A stretch of DNA of 48,690 bases from positions 1-48,690 of the forward strand of contig CAZBTL010000002.1 of assembly GCA_964494755.1 (NCBI GenBank), read 5' to 3'. Source of the stretch: an uncultured bacterium (GTDB taxonomy: Bacteria; Cyanobacteriota; Cyanobacteriia; Leptolyngbyales; Leptolyngbyaceae). The notes under the pieces are model-generated. The model was not told where the DNA came from. It saw only the letters and a list, made by a program, of their open reading frames with translations, and did not search any database. Of this stretch, positions 8,804-18,617 are shown piece by piece (the first letter of the stretch is position 1; the number at the start of each line of letters is the position of its first letter). The translations under genes were made by a program, and so were the position numbers.

Positions 8804-9634
8804 CTAGGGCCGGGGCAATGGATCGGGCGTAACCTGTCCAGGACGAATCCGGTTAATAATCGCCAGGGTTGGCAGGGGCCGTCGGAAGCCATGCACCAGG
8901 CGATCTTGCTGGCGTAACCGTCGCCACTCTGCCCGGTTCAGTCGCCGGATGCGCCGCCGCAGTTGACGAATATCCCGTTCGCCGGGTCGAATTCGCAGTT
9001 CTTCCGCCGTTTTCAGCATAATTTCTTCCGCCTGGCCCGGCAGGCGGAGCGCCACAGCCCCTTCCCAGGCAAAAAAGAGGGTGCCATCCTGAGTATTAGC
9101 AGGGATTTTGACATATACGGTTGTACCCCGAATGCCTGCCGTTGCCGCAGGGGTCACAATCTCTGCGGGCACGGTGCGATTGGGCTGGACCCAGGTAATC
9201 ATCTCACCAGCCGTCAGCTGCAACCGGCTATTGGGCTGAAGCGTCAGGATAGAGTTGCCGCCTAATCGAAAGGCCAGCCCATTGGCCAGGTCAATCTCAG
9301 TCAGAGCCTGCCCCTGCGTCCGCACCGTTTCCCCAATCTGTAAACCCATACCTTCGCTGGCCGGTTGTTCCTGGGGAGGGTGTAGCGGCCGGACAAAAAC
9401 CGGCGTACGGCGGATTTCGGCCACCGTTGCCACCGTTGAACCGCCCGCTCCGGTTGCTGTAGGAGAAGCCGAGGTGATGGGCGAAGGGGAACCGGAAGAG
9501 ACAACGGGAGGGGAAGCAGACGGCTCCGGTTGCTGAACGGTGGGACCAGTCGTACAGGCTACCAGTCCTGTCAGCAGGCCTCCCACCAGCAAGGTCAATG
9601 GACGATGGCAGGGATGGCAAACAAGCATAAGCAT
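8804..9634 (-). CDS. FecR-domain lipoprotein
   Basis: Signal peptide with lipobox LTGLVAC, a Pro/Ser-rich linker, then a FecR-type beta domain (GETVRT...LAFRLGGNSILTL...AGIRGTTVYV). Confidence 0.8.
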   Translation of the reverse strand: MLMLVCHPCHRPLTLLVGGLLTGLVACTTGPTVQQPEPSASPPVVSSGSPSPITSASPTATGAGGSTVATVAEIRRTPVFVRPLHPPQEQPASEGMGLQIGETVRTQGQALTEIDLANGLAFRLGGNSILTLQPNSRLQLTAGEMITWVQPNRTVPAEIVTPAATAGIRGTTVYVKIPANTQDGTLFFAWEGAVALRLPGQAEEIMLKTAEELRIRPGERDIRQLRRRIRRLNRAEWRRLRQQDRLVHGFRRPLPTLAIINRIRPGQVTPDPLPRP

Positions 9635-9758
9635 TCAGCCGCGGCAGTCGGTATCTGGCATGGCCCGACCTCAAGCATGCAGGATAACAGCCAAAGATGC
9701 GTCCTACCTTGCCGATTCGATCAGTTTTTCAGCCTATCTTGCTGCCAATTCCTCTATT

Positions 9759-10298
9759 TTACCGGGGAACCTTACTCAAGGCCCGCCAGGTACAGGGACC
9801 CACCCGACCATCCACCACTAATCCCTGCCGCCATTGAAATGAGCGGACAGCCTGTTCCGTCTGGTGGTCAAAGCAACCGTGCACCGTTGCCCGAAAGTCG
9901 CCTGCCGCTTGCAAAGCCTGCTGCAATAACCGGACGGCCGTTCCCATCGCGCCCAGTTGCAACTCCGGCATATTCAAAGGCCCACCCGTATAGAGAGCCT
10001 GCCAGGTAGGGGGACCGACTCGACCGTTTTCCGGCAAGAAAACTCGCCGCTGAAACTGACGCACCGCCAGTTCCAGTTGGGGCGTAAAGACGCCATCCAA
10101 ACTAACGGGAATTTGCCAGTGTGTCAGTAATTTTTGCAATTCCACCACTGAGTCGCCGCGATCGCCCACTTGCAGGACAGGCCGATACAGCCATTCACGG
10201 GTAACCTGAGTAACTAGCGATAATGGCTGGCTGACGGCTGGGTCGCGAGCGTCTGGCCGGTTAACAGACAGGAGAGTCATAGGACACACTGACACCAC
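9759..10298 (-). CDS. Protein with two peptidoglycan-binding (PG_binding_1) domains
   Basis: Two copies of the G-x-G-V-x-LQ...L...DG-x-F-x...AV-x-FQ pattern (GDRGDSVVELQKLL...DGVFTPQLELAVRQFQ and MGTAVRLLQQAL...HGCFDHQTEQAVRSFQ). The start codon is uncertain. Confidence 0.8.
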   Translation of the reverse strand: MVSVCPMTLLSVNRPDARDPAVSQPLSLVTQVTREWLYRPVLQVGDRGDSVVELQKLLTHWQIPVSLDGVFTPQLELAVRQFQRRVFLPENGRVGPPTWQALYTGGPLNMPELQLGAMGTAVRLLQQALQAAGDFRATVHGCFDHQTEQAVRSFQWRQGLVVDGRVGPCTWRALSKVPR

Positions 10299-10395
10299 AT
10301 GGGGATAACCCTACTCTAGGCCAGTCACAACCGAACCTCCTCCCCGGATAGCGTCATCCAATTGGGTGATTTCGCTGGGTTGCTGTCCTGATTGC

Positions 10396-12963
10396 TCACA
10401 AACTGTTAGAAGCCAAGGCCGGCTCTGGAGACTCAATCACCAGTGACTTATGGAGTTTTTTCAGGGTCTGCACCGCCTGTTCATATCCGGTGGAGTCACC
10501 CTGTTCCAAACAAAGTTGAGCCGCCTGTCGCAGGTCCTTCAAGGCATCCAGACGGTGCCCCAATTTGATCAGGGCCAGCCCCCGATAAAAGTAAGCATTG
10601 GCATCATGGGGGTTGAGCCGAATGACCTCGCTGTAATCCTCAACCGCCCCCAGTTTGTTCTGCATGCGGGTGCGGGTCAGGCCGCGATAAAAGTAGGCCG
10701 GGGTATAGTCTGGATTACTTTGCAGGGCACAAGTATAGTCCTCGATCGCCCCCAGTTTGTCTCCCATTTCAGCCCGAATAAAGCCGCGGTTAAAGAAAGC
10801 CACAAAGTTGTTGGGATTTAACTGGATTGCCAGACTGAAATCCGCCATCGCTCCTTCCCGATCGCCCAAATCATAGCGAACAACCCCCCGATTGTTATGG
10901 GCAATATCGTCGTTGGCATTGATCCGCAAGACTTCGCCATAATCGGCAATGGCCCCCTGACGATCGCCCAAGTCATAGCGAGTAGTGGCCCGGTTAAAGT
11001 AAGCATTGGCATCGGTTTCATCCAGCACCGGATCATCAAAGCGGTCCACCAAACCTTGGATCACCTCTGAGTCAGTGGTCCGCAGTCCAACCGCCGCCTG
11101 GGGAAACAGGACACTAGCTGTCGGCAACGATTGGGCCCCCAGGATGGCAAAGCTGCGATCGCAGACCAAAAAGTTCTCATCCGTTCCCAGCACCTTAAAG
11201 CGAAACTGGTCCGGGTACTGCTTCTTCAACTCCGTTAACTGGTTCAAAATGCCATAAAGAAAGCCATCTCCGGTACTATCCAAACGCCGCCGCCGATCCA
11301 ACGAGCGAGGAACTCTGGACTTGCTCACATCTCCCAAATGGCCCCAGCCAATATCCAAACAGCCATTCCGATCCAAAAAGTCCCGAAACTGCTGAATCAT
11401 CGCTTCGTCCAGTGTTTCCGGCTGGGGATGGGGATAGACCACAATCAACCGGGCTTCCGCCTCTTGCAGCGCCTTCTCCAGCAGCGTTCGACTGGCACAG
11501 GCGTGGATGGCAGTGTCCTGGAAGGGACGCACATTCTTGACATCAAAAACCAACTCATATTGGGGAGACGAACCCTTGGCTGAAGATCCAACTTCACCTA
11601 ACTGCTCTAACCGAGCATTTACCGCAGCTTCCACCTCTGCTTTCACATCCATTCCTTGACCAGTAGCCCACTCCACCTGAGCCGTCAGGTACTTCACCTG
11701 ATTCTGCAACGCAGCGGTATCCATCACCTGGGGCAGACGGTTGACCCAATCCCGCAGCGACTTATGCTGTCGGTCCAGCACCTGGGAATATTGCTGAATG
11801 GACGCGAGTTGCTGCTGCAAGGGTCCCAAATGGCTGGACACCAGTTCCTGCACTTCAGTCCGCACCTGAGACAGATCGGGACTGGCCGGTAACTGATTCA
11901 GCCGTTGCTCTAAAGCCGTCACCGAGGTTTTCAGTTCATCCAGCACAGAGGAGCCCGACCGTTGCAGAGCTGCCTGTAGCAACTGATCCGAAACATGCTC
12001 ATTGGCATTGATCTTGGCGTTGACCGTCTCCACCTGTTTACGCAGGATGCCGGTCGCCACCTTTAATGGTGTGAGTGACTGTTCCAGATAGGCATTCTGC
12101 TGACTCAGTTTTTCCACCTGACCTTCCACCCGGGCCAAATCTCGCCGGGACGCCAGTTCACCTACCACTTTCAGCAACGACTCCACATCTTGCTTCAGCG
12201 AGCTGGCATCAAACGGAGTTGGCAGCATATTCAGCCGCCGGTTCAGATGGTTGATCTGGTCCTGCAGCACCCTTGGATTAACCGAGGTCTGCTCTTCAAT
12301 CAAGCTATGAAGATTGATCCGCACCTGAGACAGATCGGATTTCAGTTGGGCCAACTCCTGCTCAAATCCTTCTAGGCCCGAGGTCGAACTAAAACGGCTC
12401 AGACTGTTGAGAGCACTCGTTACCTGAGCCACCGAGTCTGACAGGTTATTCACCTGACCCTGTAAATGGGCCACTTCCTGACGCAGCAAGCGCCATTCTG
12501 GCTTACTCAATTCCTGCTTCAGTTGGGCAATTTCGCGGGAGACAGGCTCCAGGGCCTCTTGTTGCTGCCGCGTTAAGGTTTTTCGCAAACTCGCCAGATC
12601 CAGATAATTGGGCAGCACCTGAACCTGCTGTTGCAAGGAAGAAATGTCACCAGACAATTTTCGATCCAGATGGGAAACCGAAGTCGCAGTATTCTCCAGG
12701 CCAGATTCTTCAATGCGGCGACGATTGACCAGATTCAGCAGGAATAGCGCCGACATGGGCGCAGCCGTAAAGGCAATTTGCTGAGAAACAATCGTCGCCA
12801 CTGACCCCACACCAGAGCCAATCAGAAGCACATATTCTGCAATGTTCAGCCAGTTTTTATTTTTTTTCACAGCGCCCTCAAGCTGCCAAGCTTTGAAATG
12901 AAGAAACACCCTGTACCAACAAACAATCGAAGCGGGGGCTGGACTTGCCGGAGTCTCAATCAA
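10396..12963 (-). CDS. Membrane-anchored coiled-coil protein with a degenerate PLD-like middle domain and C-terminal TPR repeats (855 aa)
   Basis: N-terminal hydrophobic helices, about 400 aa of heptad-rich Q/L/E sequence, a middle domain ending in GTDENFLVCDRSFAILGAQS, and at least six 34-aa TPR units (A..Y.RG......G....A..D....L..NP). The 5' end is uncertain (TTG at 12963). Confidence 0.85.
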   Translation of the reverse strand: MIETPASPAPASIVCWYRVFLHFKAWQLEGAVKKNKNWLNIAEYVLLIGSGVGSVATIVSQQIAFTAAPMSALFLLNLVNRRRIEESGLENTATSVSHLDRKLSGDISSLQQQVQVLPNYLDLASLRKTLTRQQQEALEPVSREIAQLKQELSKPEWRLLRQEVAHLQGQVNNLSDSVAQVTSALNSLSRFSSTSGLEGFEQELAQLKSDLSQVRINLHSLIEEQTSVNPRVLQDQINHLNRRLNMLPTPFDASSLKQDVESLLKVVGELASRRDLARVEGQVEKLSQQNAYLEQSLTPLKVATGILRKQVETVNAKINANEHVSDQLLQAALQRSGSSVLDELKTSVTALEQRLNQLPASPDLSQVRTEVQELVSSHLGPLQQQLASIQQYSQVLDRQHKSLRDWVNRLPQVMDTAALQNQVKYLTAQVEWATGQGMDVKAEVEAAVNARLEQLGEVGSSAKGSSPQYELVFDVKNVRPFQDTAIHACASRTLLEKALQEAEARLIVVYPHPQPETLDEAMIQQFRDFLDRNGCLDIGWGHLGDVSKSRVPRSLDRRRRLDSTGDGFLYGILNQLTELKKQYPDQFRFKVLGTDENFLVCDRSFAILGAQSLPTASVLFPQAAVGLRTTDSEVIQGLVDRFDDPVLDETDANAYFNRATTRYDLGDRQGAIADYGEVLRINANDDIAHNNRGVVRYDLGDREGAMADFSLAIQLNPNNFVAFFNRGFIRAEMGDKLGAIEDYTCALQSNPDYTPAYFYRGLTRTRMQNKLGAVEDYSEVIRLNPHDANAYFYRGLALIKLGHRLDALKDLRQAAQLCLEQGDSTGYEQAVQTLKKLHKSLVIESPEPALASNSL

Positions 12964-13330
12964 CTCCTGTTCCCTATCTTCACTAGATTGCCCAGCAAAT
13001 CAGGAAACCTGTCGAGAAACCTGGAATCGTCCGGCCAGTTTCCCGATCGTCCCCCATCAACTGCAGGATAGGTAACCCCTCGCGCTATAATCTCGAAAAG
13101 TAAATTAACATTTCAAGTCAATCAAGCATCAGGTTCCATCAAAATGGCGCTCTACTTGCATTAGAGGCTCTTGGGAGAAAGGAGACGATGGAGTCTCAAA
13201 GGCTGAGGCCGAAACTCTAGTCCGGTTTAGTCGTCGGAATTCTTTGCCACCCCGCTCTATCACCTAAAAAACCGGAAAATGCAGGGGTGCCAGTGTAGTG
13301 AATAACATTCAATCATTAGGGTGAGAGGAA

Positions 13331-14731
13331 GTGACACAAACAGACAGCGATGCAAAGTCAAAAAAGGCTAAATCCTTAAATTTGCCTGATTCCTATCCCG
13401 TGAGTGGCTTTCCTGCCTCGCTGCATACCCAACCCCGGTCTCGCTCCGCCTCATTCTCCCAGTTGTTACTCCGGGGTTTCCTATTCACTTCCATAACGAT
13501 GGCTTCAGCTACCTTGGGTCTGGCTGTCGCCATGATGGTTCCCTTGCCCACGGGTCTTGCCTCCAATCAAAACAACCGGCCGCTGACCGATCTCTGGCAA
13601 GTTGGGTTTCAGTATCGGGTCGGGCGACCAGTTAATATCCTGATCATGGGTATTGATCGGGTCCCTGAAGCCGCAGCAGAGTCCAAGGAAGTTTTCAATG
13701 GCCGCAGTGACACGATACTGTTACTCCGGGTTGACCCAACCGACGACTCGGTTCGACTGATGTCTATTCCCCGAGATACCCAGGTTGATATTCCGGGCTA
13801 TGGGGTAACCAAAATTAATGATGCCAATGTGGTGGGCGGAGCCTCGCTGGCAGCTAAAACAGTCAGCAGCGTCTTGAATGGGGTAGAAGTCGATCGCTAC
13901 GTGCGGATCAGCACCGGCGCTTTTCGAGAACTGGTCGATCTGTTGGGCGGCGTCGAGGTCTATGTGCCCAAACCCATGTCCTATACCGACCAAACCCAAA
14001 AACTGAAGATTGATCTGGCTCAGGGGCTGCAAACTCTGAATGGGGACCAGGCGGAGCAGTTTGCCCGCTTTCGCCACGATGAAAATGGTGACATTGGCCG
14101 AGTGCAGCGTCAGCAACTGCTACTCAAAGCCCTCCTGAAACGGGCCACCAGTCCGGCTGTCATTCCTCGGTTGCCAGTCTTACTATCCTCCATGCGGAAA
14201 TATATCGACACCAACCTGAGCCCCGAGGAAATGATGGCGCTGCTCGGAGCCGGGCGCAAGCTGAGCCAGGGCAATTTTAAAATGGTGATGTTGCCGGGTC
14301 GCTTTAGCAGACCCGATGAGTTTGTGGCCAGTTACTGGATTATGGACCCGCAGGGCCGCGATCGGGTGATGCAACAATATTTTGGGGTTGAACCAACCTC
14401 TCTGACGGCTGAACCGCCAGCCGCTGCATCCGCACTCCGAATTGCCGTGCAGAATGCTTCCGGTCGGCCCGATGCGGCCGCTGAGGTGCAGAAATACCTG
14501 GCCAATTTGGGCTTCTACAATGTCTATCTGACAGATGACTGGCCCGATCTACAACCGGCAACCCAGATCATTCCCCAGCGAGGTGATTTGGACAGTGCTA
14601 AAAGCCTACGGAGTGTCCTGGGTCGGGGACAAATTGAAGCAGAATCAACCGGAGACCTGGACTCCGATCTCACCATTCGAGTCGGTCAAGATTGGGATAA
14701 ACCAACTAGCAACAGCGGAGCAAGCAACTAG
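13331..14731 (+). CDS. LCP (LytR-CpsA-Psr) family protein with a C-terminal LytR_C-like domain
   Basis: N-terminal transmembrane helix. LCP core NILIMGID...GRSDTILLLRVDP...SIPRDT...INDA. The C-terminal segment LRIAVQNASGRPDAAAEVQKYL is typical of LytR_C. GTG start preceded by GAGAGGAA. Confidence 0.9.
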   Translation: MTQTDSDAKSKKAKSLNLPDSYPVSGFPASLHTQPRSRSASFSQLLLRGFLFTSITMASATLGLAVAMMVPLPTGLASNQNNRPLTDLWQVGFQYRVGRPVNILIMGIDRVPEAAAESKEVFNGRSDTILLLRVDPTDDSVRLMSIPRDTQVDIPGYGVTKINDANVVGGASLAAKTVSSVLNGVEVDRYVRISTGAFRELVDLLGGVEVYVPKPMSYTDQTQKLKIDLAQGLQTLNGDQAEQFARFRHDENGDIGRVQRQQLLLKALLKRATSPAVIPRLPVLLSSMRKYIDTNLSPEEMMALLGAGRKLSQGNFKMVMLPGRFSRPDEFVASYWIMDPQGRDRVMQQYFGVEPTSLTAEPPAAASALRIAVQNASGRPDAAAEVQKYLANLGFYNVYLTDDWPDLQPATQIIPQRGDLDSAKSLRSVLGRGQIEAESTGDLDSDLTIRVGQDWDKPTSNSGASN

Positions 14732-14854
14732 GAGGCATCAAGCCGCAGTGGATTTCCTGACAGCGATCGCACTGAAATTGTTCACCATTCTGCTGATCAT
14801 TGGCCTGGCTTTGCTGTGGATTGTTCTGAGTGCTGAGCCAGCTTTTGCAGGTTG

Positions 14855-15835
14855 CTAAGACTTGGAAGGCAAGGCCCGCAGGAAATGGAGAAACTCCATC
14901 ATTTGTTCCTCATCCAATTCCGCCCGGGTTTGTTTGTTGTAGGTTTGCTTCAGATGGGTTTGACCCCGCTTCTTACTCCAGCCTACTCGTTCCATTTCCA
15001 CATCCGTCAGCACAATCAAATCGGACAGATCAATGGGGGACGCTCCTAAAGCCTCCGGGTCTTCCTCCTGTGGCGCAGTCTCGGCGATGGCGGTTGGGCC
15101 TGATTTGCGATCGCGGGTCGATTTCGGCACTGGCCCAACTTTGCCAGAGGATGTCGTCTTGACCACAGGGACTGGTGCAGTCGGCGGTGACGGGACGGAT
15201 TTGGGCTCTGGAGAAAAGGATTCGAGCTCTGGCAACGCCGATTCGGGTTCCGGCAGGAAAGGCTCTGGCGCCTCAGGAAAAGCTGTCACCTCTGGTTCCA
15301 GCATCGGCTCTGGCATCGGCTCTGGCATTGAATCGGGTAAGGGCGGCGGCAGGACCACCTCTGGCAGAGATGGCAAGGGAGCCAACCCATCAGTGCTGGA
15401 CAGAGGCTCGGGATTGCCAGCGGGGGAAAGCACCTCAGCACCAACTCCGGCAGCAGACAGGGGGTCAACCGAAGTGACAGCCGCAGGGGCGATCGGGCTG
15501 ACTGTTTCCGGCAAATTGCCATTGGACTCCGGGCCAGACATAGGGGCAAGGGGCGGCATGTCATAGTTAAAAGGAGCAAAAGAGGGGCTAACCATCCCTG
15601 GCGCGGCAACAATGCCCAACAGTTGCAGGACTCGCAAGCGCGCCTGGTCCTCCGCCTGCTCAACCGTAGCCGCTGCCGCCATCGCCGTCACCAAAGGCGT
15701 GCCACTAACTAGCACCTGAGCGCGCACAATCATTTGGTCCGGCTGGATCTGCACCAGATCTGTAATCAAACTACCAGTGGGATAGCGGGCCTGAAGCTGG
15801 GTAAACAGGGAATGGGAATCAATGGGGTCGAGCAT
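14855..15835 (-). CDS. Proline-rich hypothetical protein with structured N- and C-terminal domains
   Basis: 326-aa ORF starting 16 nt after the U32 gene stop on the same strand. The central ~180 aa are P/E/S/A-rich with PEPM repeats. The ends are non-repetitive. Confidence 0.7.
   Translation of the reverse strand: MLDPIDSHSLFTQLQARYPTGSLITDLVQIQPDQMIVRAQVLVSGTPLVTAMAAAATVEQAEDQARLRVLQLLGIVAAPGMVSPSFAPFNYDMPPLAPMSGPESNGNLPETVSPIAPAAVTSVDPLSAAGVGAEVLSPAGNPEPLSSTDGLAPLPSLPEVVLPPPLPDSMPEPMPEPMLEPEVTAFPEAPEPFLPEPESALPELESFSPEPKSVPSPPTAPVPVVKTTSSGKVGPVPKSTRDRKSGPTAIAETAPQEEDPEALGASPIDLSDLIVLTDVEMERVGWSKKRGQTHLKQTYNKQTRAELDEEQMMEFLHFLRALPSKS
15301..15330. repeat. 12-bp in-frame tandem repeat, about 2.5 units
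   Basis: GCATCGGCTCTG at 15301-15312 and 15313-15324, then partial GCATTG. On the minus strand it encodes the repeated MPEP motif. Confidence 0.8.
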
Positions 15836-15851
15836 AGGAAATCCAGAAACG

Positions 15852-18461
15852 TCAGGGAGCGAAAGGCGGCGAGTCTAAGGCGTGACGAGGGGAAATGGTT
15901 GGCGTTGAACCTGCCAGGGGACCGCGAGTCACCCCCAGTTGATTTTGCAGTCGCAGCTCTCGCCAGAGTTGGCTGCCGCTGATCTGCCCCTGCAATAGTT
16001 GGTGATAGTGGTGAATTGTCTGGGTCACCTGTTCGGCAGGCTCATGGACAAACTCCAGGCGGAAGTGGGACAACCCCCGATCCAGCAGTCGCTGAACATA
16101 TTCTGCTCCCGTCTGGGCAGTGCCATTAAACACCGTATTGCGACATCCGGCATCCGCTTGTAACAGATGTTCGGTGCCGGTCCGGTCTCGCAGCTTGACT
16201 TGATGCTGTTCACAGGGGCGGCCACAATTGGTGTAGTCCGCGCCACTAGACAGAAAGGCACAGAAGACACAATGCTCCATGTGAAACATGGGCATGTGTT
16301 GATGAATGGTCACTTCCAGCCAGTCCGGCGAACAGCCGGTGAGCAAATCTTCTAACTGGTCAATGTCCAGGTCGTAGGAGGCGGTCAACCGCTCCAGACC
16401 AAACTGCTGGAAGTAAGCCGCAGTAAGGGGATTGGCTACGTTAAGAGAAAAGTCGCCAATGGTGCGTTCTCCAGCAAAAAACTGCAGGTGGTCATAGTTC
16501 CGCACCAAATAGCCATCGGCATTGCAACGGCGCACCTGTTGCAATATCCAGGTTTCGCCGGGTTTGGTGATGCGCGGTGGGGCCACCCAGATGGTGGGGG
16601 CTGGGGTCGAGTCCGCAGTTTCCAGAGCCCCCTTCGTCAGGCTGTGACTGCGGACCAACTGCACCGCTTGCCGATACTTGCGGGGGTCTTCCAATTCGCA
16701 GTAGAGGGTCGTAATGCCACTGTCCAGCGCGGCCTGCAATTGCCCCAGACTGCGCACCAGGACAATCAATTGAGGCGTCCGGGCAGTCGGGGTCGGGGTC
16801 TGACCTGGCATCAGATCGTGAAAACTGGCAGAGGAATTCAACTGCCAGCGGTTTGGCTGGGCCCGCAGGTGTTCCAGTTGGGCCACCAGTTGTCGCCGCA
16901 GTTGATTCAATTCGCTTATAGGCAGCATGACCGCTCCCTGCAAGTGATTGGTTAACCGAGCCAACCGGAAGGGTGTATTGCCCAAACGCCCCATCTGGGC
17001 TTGCAGTCGGTCAGTTGTCAACGGTTGGCTATGGGCTTCCTGTAACGGCAATGCCGACTGGCAACGGACGACATGACCCAGCTCATCGCGGGCGATCGCC
17101 ACCAGCAGTTCCCCCACCTGCCCGTAAATCTCAATCTGAATCGGCCGTTGAAACCGGGGAGCTTCGCCCGCATAACTTTGTCGCAGTTGCCGATCCAGCT
17201 CCGGATCACTGGTCTTCCACACCCGATCTCCCACCCGCACTCGCTGCAAGTTCACATCCCGCCGACCAAACCGGATCCAGGTTTCCTTCCCCCGTTGCTC
17301 TACCTGATAAACCCGTCCCCCTTCCTCCCGTTGGTCTGGATGACCGTTATCGAAAACCACCCCATCCCCTGGCTTCAGAGGTGCCTGCAGCCGAATCCTC
17401 ACCTGATCGCCCTGCAGCCGAACCACCTGCCCCAGGTAAACACCCCGTTTTTTGCCAAAGCGGGCATGCACCAGTTCTTGATTATTGATACCGCCAAACC
17501 AACCGGTGTAGAGACCCCGAGAAAAGGCCATCTCCAGGTTGTACTGCTCCTGCGCGCTGACCGACCCGGGCGTGCCCCGTCTGCCGTGACTCGTCTGCTC
17601 TGGCAGCAGCCGATCCAGAGCTTGCCGATAGACCTGAGTTACATTGGCCACATACTCCGGCGTCTTTAACCGACCTTCAATCTTGAGGCTCTGCACCCCT
17701 ACTTTGACCAACTCTGGCAGGACAGCCAGCCCCGCCAAATCCTGGGGACTCAATAAATAGCGGCGATCGCCCAAATCGACCGCCTGACCATCCGCAATCA
17801 GGTCATAGGGCATACGACACGCCTGGGCACACTCACCCCGGTTGGCTGATCGCCCACCCAGCGCCTCACTGGTTAAACACTGGCCAGAATAGGCCACACA
17901 GAGCGCCCCATGGACAAACACCTCCAGGGGCAGGGAGATGACCTGCTGCCGGAGTTGCTGTTGAATCCGCTGGATTTCCTTCAAGGAGCATTCCCGAGCC
18001 AACACCACCAACTGACAACCCAGAGATTGGGCAAACGCCACCCCAGCCGCACTGGTAACGGTCATCTGAGTCGAAGCATGGATGGGAAAATCCGGCGACA
18101 GATGGCGGATCAGCCGACAAATCCCCACATCCTGCACGATCGCCGCATCCACCCCAGCCGCAATAATGCTACGCAGATACTGTTCCGCCGCTGCCAATTC
18201 CCCCGTAAAGATCAGCGTATTCAGCGTGACATAGCCCTTGACGCCCCGTCGATGCAAGAACGTCATCAGCTCCGGCAGGTCGGCCTCAGTAAAATTTTCG
18301 GCTCGCATGCGGGCATTAAATCGTTCCAGCCCAAAGTAAATAGCATCCGCTCCATTTTCGATCGCCGCCCGAGCACACTCCCAATTGCCCGCCGGAGCCA
18401 GCAGTTCCGGTAGCTGGTAGCCAGTTAAGTAGTTAGACAGGGTTTGCAGGTCAGCCGTCAT
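15852..18461 (-). CDS. Peptidase U32 family protein, long form (869 aa)
   Basis: N-terminus ELLAPAGNWECARAAIENGADAIYFG...FNAR and the Cys-rich block CVAYSGQC...CAQACR are typical of U32 (YegQ / RlhA / TrhP-type). It also has a long C-terminal extension with a second Cys cluster. Confidence 0.9.
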   Translation of the reverse strand: MTADLQTLSNYLTGYQLPELLAPAGNWECARAAIENGADAIYFGLERFNARMRAENFTEADLPELMTFLHRRGVKGYVTLNTLIFTGELAAAEQYLRSIIAAGVDAAIVQDVGICRLIRHLSPDFPIHASTQMTVTSAAGVAFAQSLGCQLVVLARECSLKEIQRIQQQLRQQVISLPLEVFVHGALCVAYSGQCLTSEALGGRSANRGECAQACRMPYDLIADGQAVDLGDRRYLLSPQDLAGLAVLPELVKVGVQSLKIEGRLKTPEYVANVTQVYRQALDRLLPEQTSHGRRGTPGSVSAQEQYNLEMAFSRGLYTGWFGGINNQELVHARFGKKRGVYLGQVVRLQGDQVRIRLQAPLKPGDGVVFDNGHPDQREEGGRVYQVEQRGKETWIRFGRRDVNLQRVRVGDRVWKTSDPELDRQLRQSYAGEAPRFQRPIQIEIYGQVGELLVAIARDELGHVVRCQSALPLQEAHSQPLTTDRLQAQMGRLGNTPFRLARLTNHLQGAVMLPISELNQLRRQLVAQLEHLRAQPNRWQLNSSASFHDLMPGQTPTPTARTPQLIVLVRSLGQLQAALDSGITTLYCELEDPRKYRQAVQLVRSHSLTKGALETADSTPAPTIWVAPPRITKPGETWILQQVRRCNADGYLVRNYDHLQFFAGERTIGDFSLNVANPLTAAYFQQFGLERLTASYDLDIDQLEDLLTGCSPDWLEVTIHQHMPMFHMEHCVFCAFLSSGADYTNCGRPCEQHQVKLRDRTGTEHLLQADAGCRNTVFNGTAQTGAEYVQRLLDRGLSHFRLEFVHEPAEQVTQTIHHYHQLLQGQISGSQLWRELRLQNQLGVTRGPLAGSTPTISPRHALDSPPFAP

Positions 18462-18617
18462 GAATGCTTAAGGGATACCCTATAGAGAGACCGATCTCCA
18501 TGATACGGACAAGCTGGACAAAGCAGGATTTCCGGTCTTCTATCCGCCAAAATTTGACACCGCTTTTTAGCATGTCTCAGTATCCAGCAATAGGTAATCT
18601 GATTAACATGGAATTAG

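Noticed and set aside
13086-13091. Perfect TATAAT about 240 nt upstream of the LCP gene, and a 9-codon uORF with AAGGAG at about 13175-13220
   Set aside because: There is no convincing -35 at 17 nt, the SD-ATG spacing of the uORF is only 3 nt, and no supporting structure is present. This is too weak to call.
15033-15566. 177-aa Gly/Ser-rich ORF and other long antisense ORFs (for example 17073-17669, 33805-34371, 43526-44203, 6126-6602, 13721-14116)
   Set aside because: These are shadow frames opposite well-supported genes in GC-rich DNA. They have low-complexity or Arg/Pro/Gly-rich translations, no SDs and no motifs.
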